Assembly: GCF_001194135.2 (NCBI RefSeq)
Contig: NC_068993.1
Location: 19,956,149-20,020,148, forward strand
DNA: 64,000 bases
Reading direction: 5' to 3'
Origin: Octopus bimaculoides
Lineage: Eukaryota
The translations under genes and the position numbers were made by a program. Positions 39,271-51,824 of this stretch are shown here, in pieces; the stretch's first letter is position 1, and the number at the start of each line of letters is the position of its first letter. The notes beneath the pieces were generated by a model. The model did no database searches. It was not told the DNA's origin and saw only the letters and a list, made by a program, of their open reading frames with translations.

Positions 39271-39934
39271 TAAAGGGTAATTTACTTTGGTAACTCTGAA
39301 AGGTGACCATGGCAGGATTTGAACTCAGAACATAAGGAGTAGGAATTTTTACTTGACCCTAGTTGATGTTATTGGTTCCACTAACTTTATTTAAGTGCTT
39401 TGCCTGACCTGAAAAGGTCTCAAATTCAACAACATAACAAGTCCATAACAGCAGCAACAACCACAGTCAAGAGCACATTGATTTCATGTCCACTTTTACA
39501 TGCAAGTACAGACAAGAAGACAAAAGGCCGAGATACCTGACACTTTGCTGTACTCAGGAAAACCTGTCCTCCACAGCAGAAGCATTAAGGCCACTCTGCT
39601 TAGGGAAGAGGATTGGCCTGCAAGAGTCCTGTGCTGGTGCCACATAAAAAGCACTCATGCCAGTACCACATAAAAGGCACGTATGCTGGTGTCACATAAA
39701 AGGCACTCAACACACACTGTGAAGTGGTTGGCGTTAGGAAGGGCATCCAGCTGTAGAAACCGAGCTAAATCTGACCGGAACCTGATGCAGCTCTCCAGCT
39801 GACCAGCTCTGGTCAAACTGTTCAATCCATGCCAGCATGGACAATGGATGTTAAAGGATGCGGATGATGATGATGATGATGATGATTCAGGTTTGATAGG
39901 TCAATGAATGAATGAATGAACCAAAGTCACTTAC

Positions 39935-40011
39935 CCAACAGCAATGGCATCAGCAGAATTTCTTTCTGTTATGAAGTTGTAGGCAATAGTTTTAATGATA
40001 TTCTCTATAAC
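39935..40011 (-). CDS. SDAD1: SDAD1 exon VIENIIKTIAYNFITERNSADAIAV(G)
   Basis: 77 nt, tttgaAG / GTaagt, phase 0/2. Confidence 0.95.
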
Positions 40012-40658
40012 CTTCAAATATATTAGGATGAAGAGAAATGGAAACAAGAAATAAGATAATTAAGTCAAAGTTAAGTGAGTTACAAACAAAAAATAAAACT
40101 CCAAGCATTTTTACTATAGTTTAACACATTAAATGGTGCTCACATGTAAATTTGGGTTACATTCAATCATTCATCATCATCATCATCATCACCCTTTAAC
40201 ATCTGTTTTCCATAGTGGCATAGATTGGAATGTCTGACCAGAGCTTTCAAACTGAGGAGCCCTAATCTGGTTTGGCTTGGTTTCCACAGCTCAATGCCCT
40301 TCCTAACATGAACTACTATACAGTGAGTGCTTTTAACATGGCATTGGCACAATATTGTATCATTATAGATATAATATCATCATTTAACGTCCACTTTTCC
40401 CTCCTTGCCTGGGTCAGACGAAATTTGCTGAGGTAGATTTTCTTCAACCAAATACCCTTCTTTTTGCCAACTGTTATCTATTTCTGAGCAAAGTAATATT
40501 TTCTCAAAACCAGACATATTATGGAAGACTGAAAATGATTAACATTGCTTGTATGATGGTGATGTTCATTTGATGGGGTGTCAAGACAAGGGTACACACA
40601 AATACAGATATATACTCAAGTACATGTGTATGGGTGTGTGTGTGTAAATGTGTGTGTG

Positions 40659-40703
<45 letters not shown>

Positions 40704-41899
40704 CAAGAGAGTTAGGGGTTGAGGATTCAACCCACTAAGGGATAGTATCTATCTATCCAATATACTGCTGGGAGGGTACCCAATTATTGTTACACTAGTG
40801 TTATATACCAAGTGTAATAAGTGGGTGCGGGTTATTCTCCAACTGCTAAATGTACTTTATATTTGTAACCTTAATTGTTAATATGACATGGTATGTCATA
40901 AGCATCTGTATATTGTGCTTTTTGTCATTTTAGTTACAAAATAAATAAATTAATTCAATGGAATACACTGTCTGCAAGTCGATGGATACCGCATATTCTC
41001 CTCCATTTTCTTATTGCTATATATATATATATATATATATAGTATCTATCTATCCAATATACTGCTGGGAGGGTACCCAATTATTGTTACACTAGTGTTA
41101 TATACCAAGTGTAATAAGTGGGTGCGGGTTATATAATTAGATGCTTTTCCTGTCACTAACCTTCACTTGTCTCCAAGCTCAGACATGTTTTCATGGAAGA
41201 TTGGAACTGAAGGACACAGCTTGCATGATGGTGACACTTGCTTGCAACTATCAGGCAATGTCAAGGCAAGGAGACAGTAACAAACACACGCACACACACA
41301 TTTACAGAAAATTCAGTTTGGTATTTGTGATATGTATGTTTATTTACTTATATCCATGTAGATTTTACGACCGATGCACTTTTATGGATTATACTACTGA
41401 AATTCAAAGGTCACTTTAATATTTGTCTTCTTTTTTTTTTTTACTTCATTTAGAAGGCACAAACTTTCCCAATGATTTTTATAACTTTAGTAAACATTCC
41501 TTTTTTGACAGATTGCAATTACTAAGAAGAAAGCCTGTGTGTATTTATACATAAGTCACCACAACATCCAGTCCTTGTTGCAGTATAGTGACTTGCGTAC
41601 CTCAATGAAACTGATAGCTATGCCAGTAGAGTGAAAGCTCCTTGTAAGGCCTTCCTCACTGGAGAACCAAAGGGTAGAGACAAGACTTATATAGAATAAA
41701 ATCCCTTTCCTGAATCATATAGACTCATAGGTTCAGATTCCTGGTTTCTGTGGCATAAATATTCCCCACAGTCCATCACAGGATTACTCATTTTCGCCAG
41801 CTGAGTGGAATGGAGTAATGTGAAATAAAATGCTTCGCTCGAGAACACAACGCATCCCCAGTCCTGGAATTAAATTCACAATTTTATGATCGTGTGTTC

Positions 41900-42300
41900 A
41901 GGCGTAGGAGTGGCTGTGTAGTAAGTAGCTTGCTTACGAACCACATGGTTCAGGGTTCAGTCCCACTGCATGGCACGTTGCGCATGTGTCTTCTACTATA
42001 GCCTTGGGCCGACCAAAGCCTTGTGAATGGATTTGGTAGACGGAAACCGAAAGAAGCCCATCGTATATATGTATATGTATGTATGTGTATATGTTTGTGT
42101 GTGTGTTTGTCCCCCCAACATCGCTTGACAACCGATGCTGGTGTGTTTACGTCCCCATAACTTAACGGTTTGGCAAAAAAGACCGATGGAATAAGTACTA
42201 GGCTTACAAAGAATAAGTCCTGGGGTCGATTTGCTCGACTAAAGGTGGTGCTCTAGTATGGCCGCAGTCAAATGACTGAAACAAGTAAAAGAGTAAAAGA
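41900..42300 (+). mobile_element. SINE family A
   Basis: Full head and tail. Confidence 0.9.
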
Positions 42301-42764
42301 ACCTAACTGCTAAGCCATACACCACCACAAGAATAATATGGACCACCAGATGCTGATGCTACGTAAAAAGCACCCAGTACATTTTGTAAAGTGGTTGGCA
42401 TTAGGAAAGGGCATCCAGCAGTAAAAACCAAGCCAATACAAACCATGGAATCTGGTGTGGCCTCTGGCCATGCCAGTTCCTGTCGAGCTGTCTAACCCAT
42501 GCCAGTATGGAAAACGGATGTTAAATTTTGACGATGATGAAGTTGATAATGATGCAGGGTTGACACTCTATCTACAAAAGAAACTAAGTTATGAAATCCT
42601 TGATGACATATCAAAGCCAACAAGACCCAAGAGAGGAGAGAAGCAGAACAGACAGCCTGGAGTCAAGAACAGTGAAAAAATGCTGTCAATGGCCTATGTC
42701 CAATAGCTGAATTGGGGGGAGAGAGTAAATAAGTGCATACATCAAGCAAAATCATGAGGGCACC

Positions 42765-43110
42765 TGTGCCCAGTGTCGCCTTCCTGGCACTTGTGCCAGT
42801 GGCATGTGTAAAGACATTCGAGCGAGATCGTTGCCAGTGCCGATGGAGTGGCTCCTGTGCAGGTGGCACGTAAAATACACCATTTTGAGCGTGGCCATTG
42901 CCAGTACCGCCTGACTGGCCATCGTGCTGGTGGCATCTAAAAGCACCCACTACACTCTCTGAGTGGTTGGCGTTAGGAAGGGCATCCAGCTGTAGAAACT
43001 CTGCCAAATCAGACTGGAGCCTGGTGTAGCCATCTGGTTCACCAGTCCTCAGTCAAATCGTCCAACTCATGCTAGCATGGAAAGCGGACGTTAAACGATG
43101 ATGATGATGA
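42765..43110 (+). mobile_element. 5'-truncated RTE LINE 3' UTR copy (family D)
   Basis: Ends ggacgttaaacgatgatgat; homologous copies at about 22435, 28565, 31670, 45400, 47455, 49765 and 55580. Confidence 0.85.
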
Positions 43111-43351
43111 TCAGCTGTAGAAACCATGCTGAAACAGACAGGGAACCTGAACAGCCCTTCAGTTGGTCAGCTCCTGTCAAACCGTCCATCCCATGCACCA
43201 TCATGGAAAACGAATGTTAAAAGATGATGATGAGTTACTTTTCCAACGATTTCATTACTCATAACTAATGGTGTATCATACTTGAATAAAAATAGAAATA
43301 TAGAAATAAGAAGATTGATATCAGTATGAATAAAAAACAATAAATACTTAC

Positions 43352-43410
43352 ATCAGGAGGGACAAGATCATGGCTAGCCTGGGCAGCAAATAACAGAATC
43401 TTTGTCACAT
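43352..43410 (-). CDS. SDAD1: SDAD1 exon (D)VTKILLFAAQASHDLVPPD
   Basis: 59 nt, tttgatAG / GTaagt, phase 1/0; near-identical to the SDA1 motif VTKILLFAAQASHHLVPPE. Confidence 0.97.
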
Positions 43411-43538
43411 CTATCAAAATAAAACATAAATACATAGAAACAAAAAGCATATTTTTACTATTCTCAAATGCAGGATAATGCTAATAATATAGCCTGAACA
43501 GGATAAGCTACCCCTATTTTGCAGAAAAAAGTATTGGC

Positions 43539-43614
43539 GGCCAGCTATGAGACTCGAACTCACACCTCCGTGATTACGTGTCGCGGTGCTCTAGACAGAT
43601 TAAGCTAAACTGCC
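43539..43614 (-). tRNA. tRNA-like element or pseudogene, anticodon loop CACGTAA (Thr-CGT-like)
   Basis: A-box-like TAGCTTAATCTG, T-arm GTGAG-TTCGAGT-CTCAT, anticodon stem with a C-A mismatch, bulged acceptor stem, T6 run just downstream. Confidence 0.55.
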
Positions 43615-44180
43615 CCCACTACAGATTCTTCTGCAAATTTAAGATGTATAGAAATCTCGCTTTATGAGACGCTATCATGTTAAATTCAAATTACGATGAA
43701 CGTAAACAAACAAACAAAGTTTGCTTTGTATTTCTTGGACATTCTGACACATGTTTCTTGATAACAAATACCATTGTTTTTGTCTTTTGGTATATGTTAG
43801 GGTTATTATATTCCAGACATGAATTCCTTAATCAGTGTGTGTGTATGATTGTTATATTAAGATGCATCTAAAATAAATTGCATCTATTTGTGTATGGGCA
43901 TCATCATCATCATCANNNNNNNNNNATCATCATCATCATCATTTAACGTCCACCTTTCATGCTGGCATGGGTTGGACGGTTTGACAGGAGTTGGCGAGGC
44001 AAGAGCCTGCACCATGCTTCTGTGTTTGTTTTGGTATGGTTTTTACAGCTGAATGCCCTTCCAAATGCCAATTACTTCACAGTGTGTACTGGGTGCTTTT
44101 TAAGTGGGACTTGCACTGACAGGGTCACCAAGTAACTTCGCAAGACAAGGAATCTAGACGTATATATAGGTATTTTTTTA

Positions 44181-44393
44181 TTCTTTTATTTGTTTCAGTC
44201 ATTTGACTGCGGCCATGCTGGAGCACCGCCTTTAGTCGAGCAAATCGACCCCGGGACTTATTCTTTGTAAGCCTAGTACTTATTCTATCGGTCTCTTTTG
44301 CCAAACCGCTAAGTGACGGGGACATAAACACACCAGCATCGGTTGTCAAGCAATGCTAGGGGGACAAACACAGACACACAAACACAGACACAA

Positions 44394-44432
<39 letters not shown>

Positions 44433-44591
44433 ACGGGCTTCTTTCAGTTTCCATCTACCAAATCCATTCACAAGGCTTTGGTCGACCCGAGGCTATAGTA
44501 GAAGACACTTGCCCGAGGTGCCACGCAGTGGGACTGAACCCGGAACCATGTGGTTGGTATGCAAGCTACTTACCACACAGCCACTCCTGCG

Positions 44592-44593
<2 letters not shown>
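44181..44593 (-). mobile_element. SINE family A
   Basis: Full head and tail. Confidence 0.9.
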
Positions 44594-44634
<41 letters not shown>

Positions 44635-45623
44635 AACACAAACGCAGGAGAATCAGATATGGAACTATGTGATTTTGGGTTCAATTCCATAGCACAGTTC
44701 ATGCAACAATCTAAAGGTTGCCACATTTATTAGCTGCTTATTTCTCCAGCATAAAAATAATAAAAATTCATTTTTACTGTTTTACATCCACATTTCCATG
44801 GATGAAAAGGTTTTCTTTTGACCAAAATTTATTTTAACCACTCAGACATTGAAGAAAGTAGTGTTAAGAGTCTTGTTTAGGATCACAAAATGTAGTCATT
44901 ATGTTCAGTGACCTAACTTCACCACCAATGAACATCTTATAATCCTTTGCACTATAGGCACAAGATCTGAAATTTTGAGAGGACAGGGGAGCTAGTTGAT
45001 TTCATCAACCCTAGTACTTGATTGAGACTTAATTTATCAATCCCCAAAAGAAGAAAGGCAAAATTGACATTAGTGGAATTTGAACTCAGAATAAAAAGCC
45101 AGAAGGAATGAGGTTAAGCACTTTGTCTAGAGCAGTAATGGATTCTATCAACTCAATCATATAATCCTTTCTACTACAGGTGCAAGGGCTAAAATTTTGA
45201 GTTATGGTGGGGTTGGCTCGTCGATTACATCAACCCCAGTGCATGACTGGTATTTAACTCATTGACCCTGAAAAGATGAAAGGCACAATCAACCTTAGTG
45301 GACTTTGAACTCAGACTGCAAAGCTGAAGGAAATGGTGCTAAGCCTTTTATCCAGAGCAGTCACGATTCTACCAGCTCTATCAAAAAATCATTATCATCA
45401 TCATCGTCGTTTAACGTCCGCTTTCCATGCTAGCATGGGTTGGACGATTTGACTGAGGACTGGTGGACCAGGAGGCGACTACAGGCTCCAATCTGATTTG
45501 GCAGAGTTTCTACAGCCGGATGCCCTTCCTAACGCCAACCACTCCGAGAGAAAGTAGGTTCAAAAAACAATACTTAGATACAATTATATAAAAAAATTAA
45601 GAAAAAAAAAAACATAGACTTAC

Positions 45624-45637
45624 CTTTTTGTCGGGGC
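45624..45637 (-). CDS. SDAD1: SDAD1 exon, only the 3' end visible: (Q)PRQK plus first base of D; remainder in gap
   Basis: G CCC CGA CAA AAA G|GTaagt abuts the gap at 45638; phase 1 joins AT of the next exon to give QPRQKDVTKILL (homologues QPHQREVTKILL). Confidence 0.8.
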
Positions 45638-47717
45638 NNNNNNNNNNNNNNNNNNNNNNNNNNNNNNNNNNNNNNNNNNNNNNNNNNNNNNNNNNNNNNN
45701 NNNNNNNNNNNNNNNNNNNNNNNNNNNNNNNNNNNNNNNNNNNNNNNNNNNNNNNNNNNNNNNNNNNNNNNNNNNNNNNNNNNNNNNNNNNNNNNNNNNN
45801 NNNNNNNNNNNNNNNNNNNNNNNNNNNNNNNNNNNNNNNNNNNNNNNNNNNNNNNNNNNNNNNNNNNNNNNNNNNNNNNNNNNNNNNNNNNNNNNNNNNN
45901 NNNNNNNNNNNNNNNNNNNNNNNNNNNNNNNNNNNNNNNNNNNNNNNNNNNNNNNNNNNNNNNNNNNNNNNNNNNNNNNNNNNNNNNNNNNNNNNNNNNN
46001 NNNNNNNNNNNNNNNNNNNNNNNNNNNNNNNNNNNNNNNNNNNNNNNNNAATGTCTATATAAAAAAACATCCTACTCTATTTTTATAATTGAATATTATT
46101 AGGAATTGTATAAAACAATTATTTGGTTCCGGCCATGCTGGAGCACCACCTTGAAGGGTTTTAGTCAAACAAACTGCCCTCAGGACTTATTTTTGTTAAA
46201 GCCTGGTACTTATTCTATCGGTTTACGTCCCTGTAACTTAGTGATACTGAATTGCTAAGTTATGGGGACATAAACACACCAACACCAGTTGTCAAGTGGT
46301 GATGGGGGGGGGGGGACAAACACAAAGACACACACATATATATATACATATATACAATGGGTTACTTTCAGTTTCTGTCTACCAAACCCACTCACATTGC
46401 TTTGGTTGGCCCAAGGCTACAGAAGACACTTGCCTAAGGTGCCACGTAGTGGTAGATGAAAACTGAAAGAAGCCCAGTTTGTGTTTGTGTGTGTGCATAT
46501 CCGTTTGTGTTTGTCCCTAATCACCACTTGACAGCTCGTGTTGGTGTGTTTACATCCCTTCAACAGCTTGATGATAAAGACAGATGAAATAAGAACCAGG
46601 TTTTAAGAAAAATAAGTACAAGTGTTGATTCGTTTGATTAAAATTCTTCAAAGCAGTGCGCCAACATGACCACACCTCGAACCACCCACACTTTTACAAC
46701 AATGAAACACTGCAGCTCCCGTAGCAGAAAATACAGCATGATGGTGTAGTACAGGCAAGAGCCCACAATAAACCTTTGTGTTATTTGCATGGAAGAATCC
46801 TCTGCTGAAGTCTTCTTTAATCACCTACAAACAAACATAATTTGAAGCATCCTTTTCATGGCTTCTTATTGGCCAACTTATTGTATATGTGTGTGTGATG
46901 TGAGTGCACACACACACAGACACACACACATTTATATATATATATATATATATATATATGCTGTGCATGAGAAGACCCGGCAAGCCAAGTGAGACCTAAA
47001 TCCAAGGCCTCTGCCAGGGGTGTAGCCAGCCCACTAATGCGTACCTTTCCTTCATTGGACACGAAGACCTGTTGGGACAAGCAAANNNNNNNNNNNNNNN
47101 NNNNNNNNNNNNNNNNNNNNNNNNNNNNNNNNNNNNNNNNNNNNNNNNNNNNNNNNNNNNNNNNNNNNNNNNNNNNNNNNNNNNNNNNNNNNNNNNNNNN
47201 NNNNNNNNNNNNNNNNNNNNNNNNNNNNNNNNNNNNNNNNNNNNNNNNNNNNNNNNNNNNNNNNNNNNNNNNNNNNNNNNNNNNNNNNNNNNNNNNNNNN
47301 NNNNNNNNNNNNNNNNNNNNNNNNNNNNNNNNNNNNNNNNNNNNNNNNNNNNNNNNNNNNNNNNNNNNNNNNNNNNNNNNNNNNNNNNNNNNNNNNNNNN
47401 NNNNNNNNNNNNNNNNNNNNNNNNNNNNNNNNNNNNNNNNNNNNNNNNNNNNNNGTGGGTGGCACATAAAATACACCATTTTGAGCGTGGCCGTTGCCAG
47501 TACCACCTGACTGGCCTTCGTGCGGGTGACACGTAAAAGCACCTACTACACTCTCAGAGTGGTTGGCGTTAGGAAGGGCATCCAGCTGTAGAAACTCTGC
47601 CAAATCAGATTGGAGCCTGGTGTAGCCATCGGGTTTCACCAGTCCTCAGTCAAATCGTCCAACCCATGCTAGCATTGAAAGCGGACATTTCCAGCATGGA
47701 AAATGGACATTAAATGA

Positions 47718-47749
<32 letters not shown>

Positions 47750-49712
47750 TGTGTGTATGGAATGATGATTGCTCTTGATTGGACCCAATGGAGAAGATGC
47801 CTGAGGACTTAACCGCATGATCCTTTCAGGAATAGGAAGAGAAGATGGATACACACATATACATGTATGTGTTTCACACAACATGAATTCTAAACACTGG
47901 TGTTGTATCTGAAAAGTAAGCCAGTCATTCACTAAGTACCAGAGTAAAATAAACACTAGGGTGAATAAGACGGATGACAACCTAAGAAGGTGGTGCCTGA
48001 GTATGGTCAAAGTTCATGAGCTAAAACCTCGTAAGAGAATAAAAGAATATACATGTGTGTAAAATACATGCATGTGTGAGTGTATATGCATGTACACAAA
48101 TATAAAGGTTAACTAAAGATAATTGGGAATAAACCAGTTAGAAAATTCAAATGATTTTTGGAAACATGTAAACATGTGACCATAGGCACGGCGCAGGAGT
48201 GGCTGTGTGGTAAGTAGCTTGCTTACCAACCACATGGTTCCGGGTTCAGTCCCATTGCGTGGCGTCTTGGGCAAGTGTCTTCTACTATAGCCTCGGGCCG
48301 ACCAAAGCCTTGTGAGTGGATTTGGTAGACGGAAACTGAAAGAAGCCCGTCGTATATATGTATATATATATATGTTTGTCCTCCCAGCATTGCTTGACAA
48401 CCGATGCTAGTGTGTTTATGTCCATGTCACTTAGCGGNNNNNNNNNNNNNNNNNNNNNNNNNNNNNNNNNNNNNNNNNNNNNNNNNNNNNNNNNNNNNNN
48501 NNNNNNNNNNNNNNNNNNNNNNNNNNNNNNNNNNNNNNNNNNNNNNNNNNNNNNNNNNNNNNNNNNNNNNNNNNNNNNNNNNNNNNNNNNNNNNNNNNNN
48601 NNNNNNNNNNNNNNNNNNNNNNNNNNNNNNNNNNNNNNNNNNNNNNNNNNNNNNNNNNNNNNNNNNNNNNNNNNNNNNNNNNNNNNNNNNNNNNNNNNNN
48701 NNNNNNNNNNNNNNNNNNNNNNNNNNNNNNNNNNNNNNNNNNNNNNNNNNNNNNNNNNNNNNNNNNNNNNNNNNNNNNNNNNNNNNNNNNNNNNNNNNNN
48801 NNNNNNNNNNNNNNNNNNNNNNNNNNNNNNNNNNNNNNNNNNNNNNNNNNNNNNNNNNNNNNNNNNNNNNNNNNNNNNNNNNNNNNNNNNNNNNNNNNNN
48901 NNNNNNNNNNNNNNNNNNNNNNNNNNNNNNNNNNNNNNNNNNNNNNNNNNNNNNNNNNNNNNNNNNNNNNNNNNNNNNNNNNNNNNNNNNNNNNNNNNNN
49001 NNNNNNNNNNNNNNNNNNNNNNNNNNNNNNNNNNNNNNNNNNNNNNNNNNNNNNNNNNNNNNNNNNNNNNNNNNNNNNNNNNNNNNNNNNNNNNNNNNNN
49101 NNNNNNNNNNNNNNNNNNNNNNNNNNNNTTTTTTGTCTTGACATTGTGTGAAAATTATAAACGAGAGTGACTATCATACAAGCAGTGTCCCTCATCTCCA
49201 ATATTCTGTGGAAACATGCCTGGTCTTGGGAAAATACTACCTTGCTTCGAAACAGATAAAGGCTGGCAACAGGATGGGCACTCTGCCATAGAAAATCTGC
49301 CTCAGTAAATTTCCTCTGACTCATGCAAGAAGCATCCATAAGTGAACATCAAGAGAAAAATCAGTAATTTAAAGGCCTGACACAGTTATGTGCAAAAATT
49401 AGCAGATAAGCCTTCCTCAAACTATATCCTACTACCACTAAAAAAGGGAGGAACACATTAGATAATAAAGTACTTGATATGTAGTACTTAAAGATAAGGA
49501 TGGCCATCGCTGGAATGCTTTAAATCATGGGTCTGCTCAGCCAGGGTTGGTTTCAGATTAAACAAAAAACAAGTACATAAAAGTAAACTTAACCAGACTG
49601 CTTTCAGGACATGAACTCACAAAGCTACGATTAGTAGTGTTGCATCAGTCTATATGTTCTATAAATAGAAATTATTGAAATAGAAAAAGTAACCCATGCA
49701 TTTAGTATTTAA

Positions 49713-50251
49713 CCCATTAGCATGCAGATTCCTCTGTCAAATGTAATGTTTATGTATTCACATCATCATCATCATCGTTTAATGTCCGCTTTCCATGCTA
49801 GCATGGGTTGGAAGATTTGACTGAGGACTGGTGAACCAGATGGCTACACCAGGCTCCAGTCTGATTTGGCAGAGTTTCTACAGCTGGATGCCCTTCCTAA
49901 CGCCAACCACTCCAAGAGTGTAGTGGGTGCTTTTACGTTCCACCGGCACGAAGGCCAGTCAGGTGGTACTGGCAACGGCCACGCTCAAATTGGTGTATTT
50001 TACGTGCCACCTGCACAGGAGCCAGTCCATCGGCACTGGCAACGATCTCGCTCAAACGACTTTTCACATGCCACCGGCACATCATTTTGAATTAATCATG
50101 CACTATTTCGTAGCTTTGAGATTTTGACGGTGTGATTGTTTATTTGTAAAATGACACTGTAAAGTAAATGTGAAAGACCAGATCTACCCAGTTTTATGAT
50201 AAAATAGGTAGAATATTTTGGCTGGGTATGGCTGGTTTAAATGCTAAAGGG
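49713..50251. mobile_element. TTAA-type MITE interrupted by an RTE 3' UTR copy
   Basis: ttaa|cccattagcatg ... aatgctaaaggg|ttaa; insert at about 49765-50080 flanked by cacatcat. Confidence 0.8.
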
Positions 50252-51468
50252 TTAAGCCAGTCCAAATACTCTACTAGTTAAAGTTCAAACCTATCACATG
50301 TGAACTTCCACATCTACCCTCAATGACATTCTAAAAGAACAAAAAAAAATAATTAAACAGAGTGGCTGTGTGGTAAGTAGCTTGCTTACCAACCACATGG
50401 TTCCGAGTTCAGTCCCACTGCGTGGCACCTTGGGCAAGTGTCTTCTACTATAGCCTCGGGCCGACCAAAGCCTTGTGAGTAGATTTGGTAGACGGAAACT
50501 GAAAGAAGCCCGTCGTGTNNNNNNNNNNNNNNNNNNNNNNNNNNNNNNNNNNNNNNNNNNNNNNNNNNNNNNNNNNNNNNNNNNNNNNNNNNNNNNNNNN
50601 NNNNNNNNNNNNNNNNNNNNNNNNNNNNNNNNNNNNNNNNNNNNNNNNNNNNNNNNNNNNNNNNNNNNNNNNNNNNNNNNNNNNNNNNNNNNNNNNNNNN
50701 NNNNNNNNNNNNNNNNNNNNNNNNNNNNNNNNNNNNNNNNNNNNNNNNNNNNNNNNNNNNNNNNNNNNNNNNNNNNNNNNNNNNNNNNNNNNNNNNNNNN
50801 NNNNNNNNNNNNNNNNNNNNNNNNNNNNNNNNNNNNNNNNNNNNNNNNNNNNNNNNNNNNNNNNNNNNNNNNNNNNNNNNNNNNNNNNNNNNNNNNNNNN
50901 NNNNNNNNNNNNNNNNNNNNNNNNNNNNNNNNNNNNNNNNNNNNNNNNNNNNNNNNNNNNNNNNNNNNNNNNNNNNNNNNNNNNNNNNNNNNNNNNNNNN
51001 NNNNNNNNNNNNNNNNNNNNNNNNNNNNNNNNNNNNNNNNNNNNNNNNNNNNNNNNNNNNNNNNNNNNNNNNNNNNNNNNNNNNNNNNNNNNNNNNNNNN
51101 NNNNNNNNNNNNNNNNNNNNNNNNNNNNNNNNNNNNNNNNNNNNNNNNNNNNNNNNNNNNNNNNNNNNNNNNNNNNNNNNNNNNNNNNNNNNNNNNNNNN
51201 NNNNNNNNNNNNNNNNNNNNNNNNNNNNNNNNNNNNNNNNNNNNNNNNNNNNNNNNNNNNNNNNNNNNNNNNNNNNNNNNNNNNNNNNNNNNNNNNNNNN
51301 NNNNNNNNNNNNNNNNNNNNNNNNNNNNNNNNNNNNNNNNNNNNNNNNNNNNNNNNNNNNNNNNNNNNNNNNNNNNNNNNNNNNNNNNNNNNNNNNNAAC
51401 AACACATAAGAAACAATTTAAATATACATAGTGCATTCGCATGCCAAGCCTATTTTGTTGCCATGCAC

Positions 51469-51506
<38 letters not shown>

Positions 51507-51779
51507 TAATAATAATGCATTCCAAAAAGAAATAACACTGACACCTAGTTAGATTTGGACACAGAAAACTGAGGCACAGGATGTAGTAAAATGTTGTGTG
51601 AAATATTCTATATTAACACAGGCATGGCTGTGTGGTAAGATGCTTGCTTCTCAACTACATGGTTTTGTGTTCAGTCCTGCTGTGTGGCACCTTGAGCAAG
51701 TGTCTTCAACTAGAGCCTTGAGCTGACTAAGGCATTGTGAGTGGATTCAGTAGACAGAAACTTAAACAATAGAAGCTTG

Positions 51780-51820
<41 letters not shown>

Positions 51821-51824
<4 letters not shown>

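Noticed and set aside
46680-46840. Exon-like open stretch on the gene strand (tttgtttgtAG VIKEDFSRGFFHANNTK...)
   Set aside because: Good acceptor but no convincing donor and no recognisable SDA1 similarity; cannot be excluded without RNA-seq
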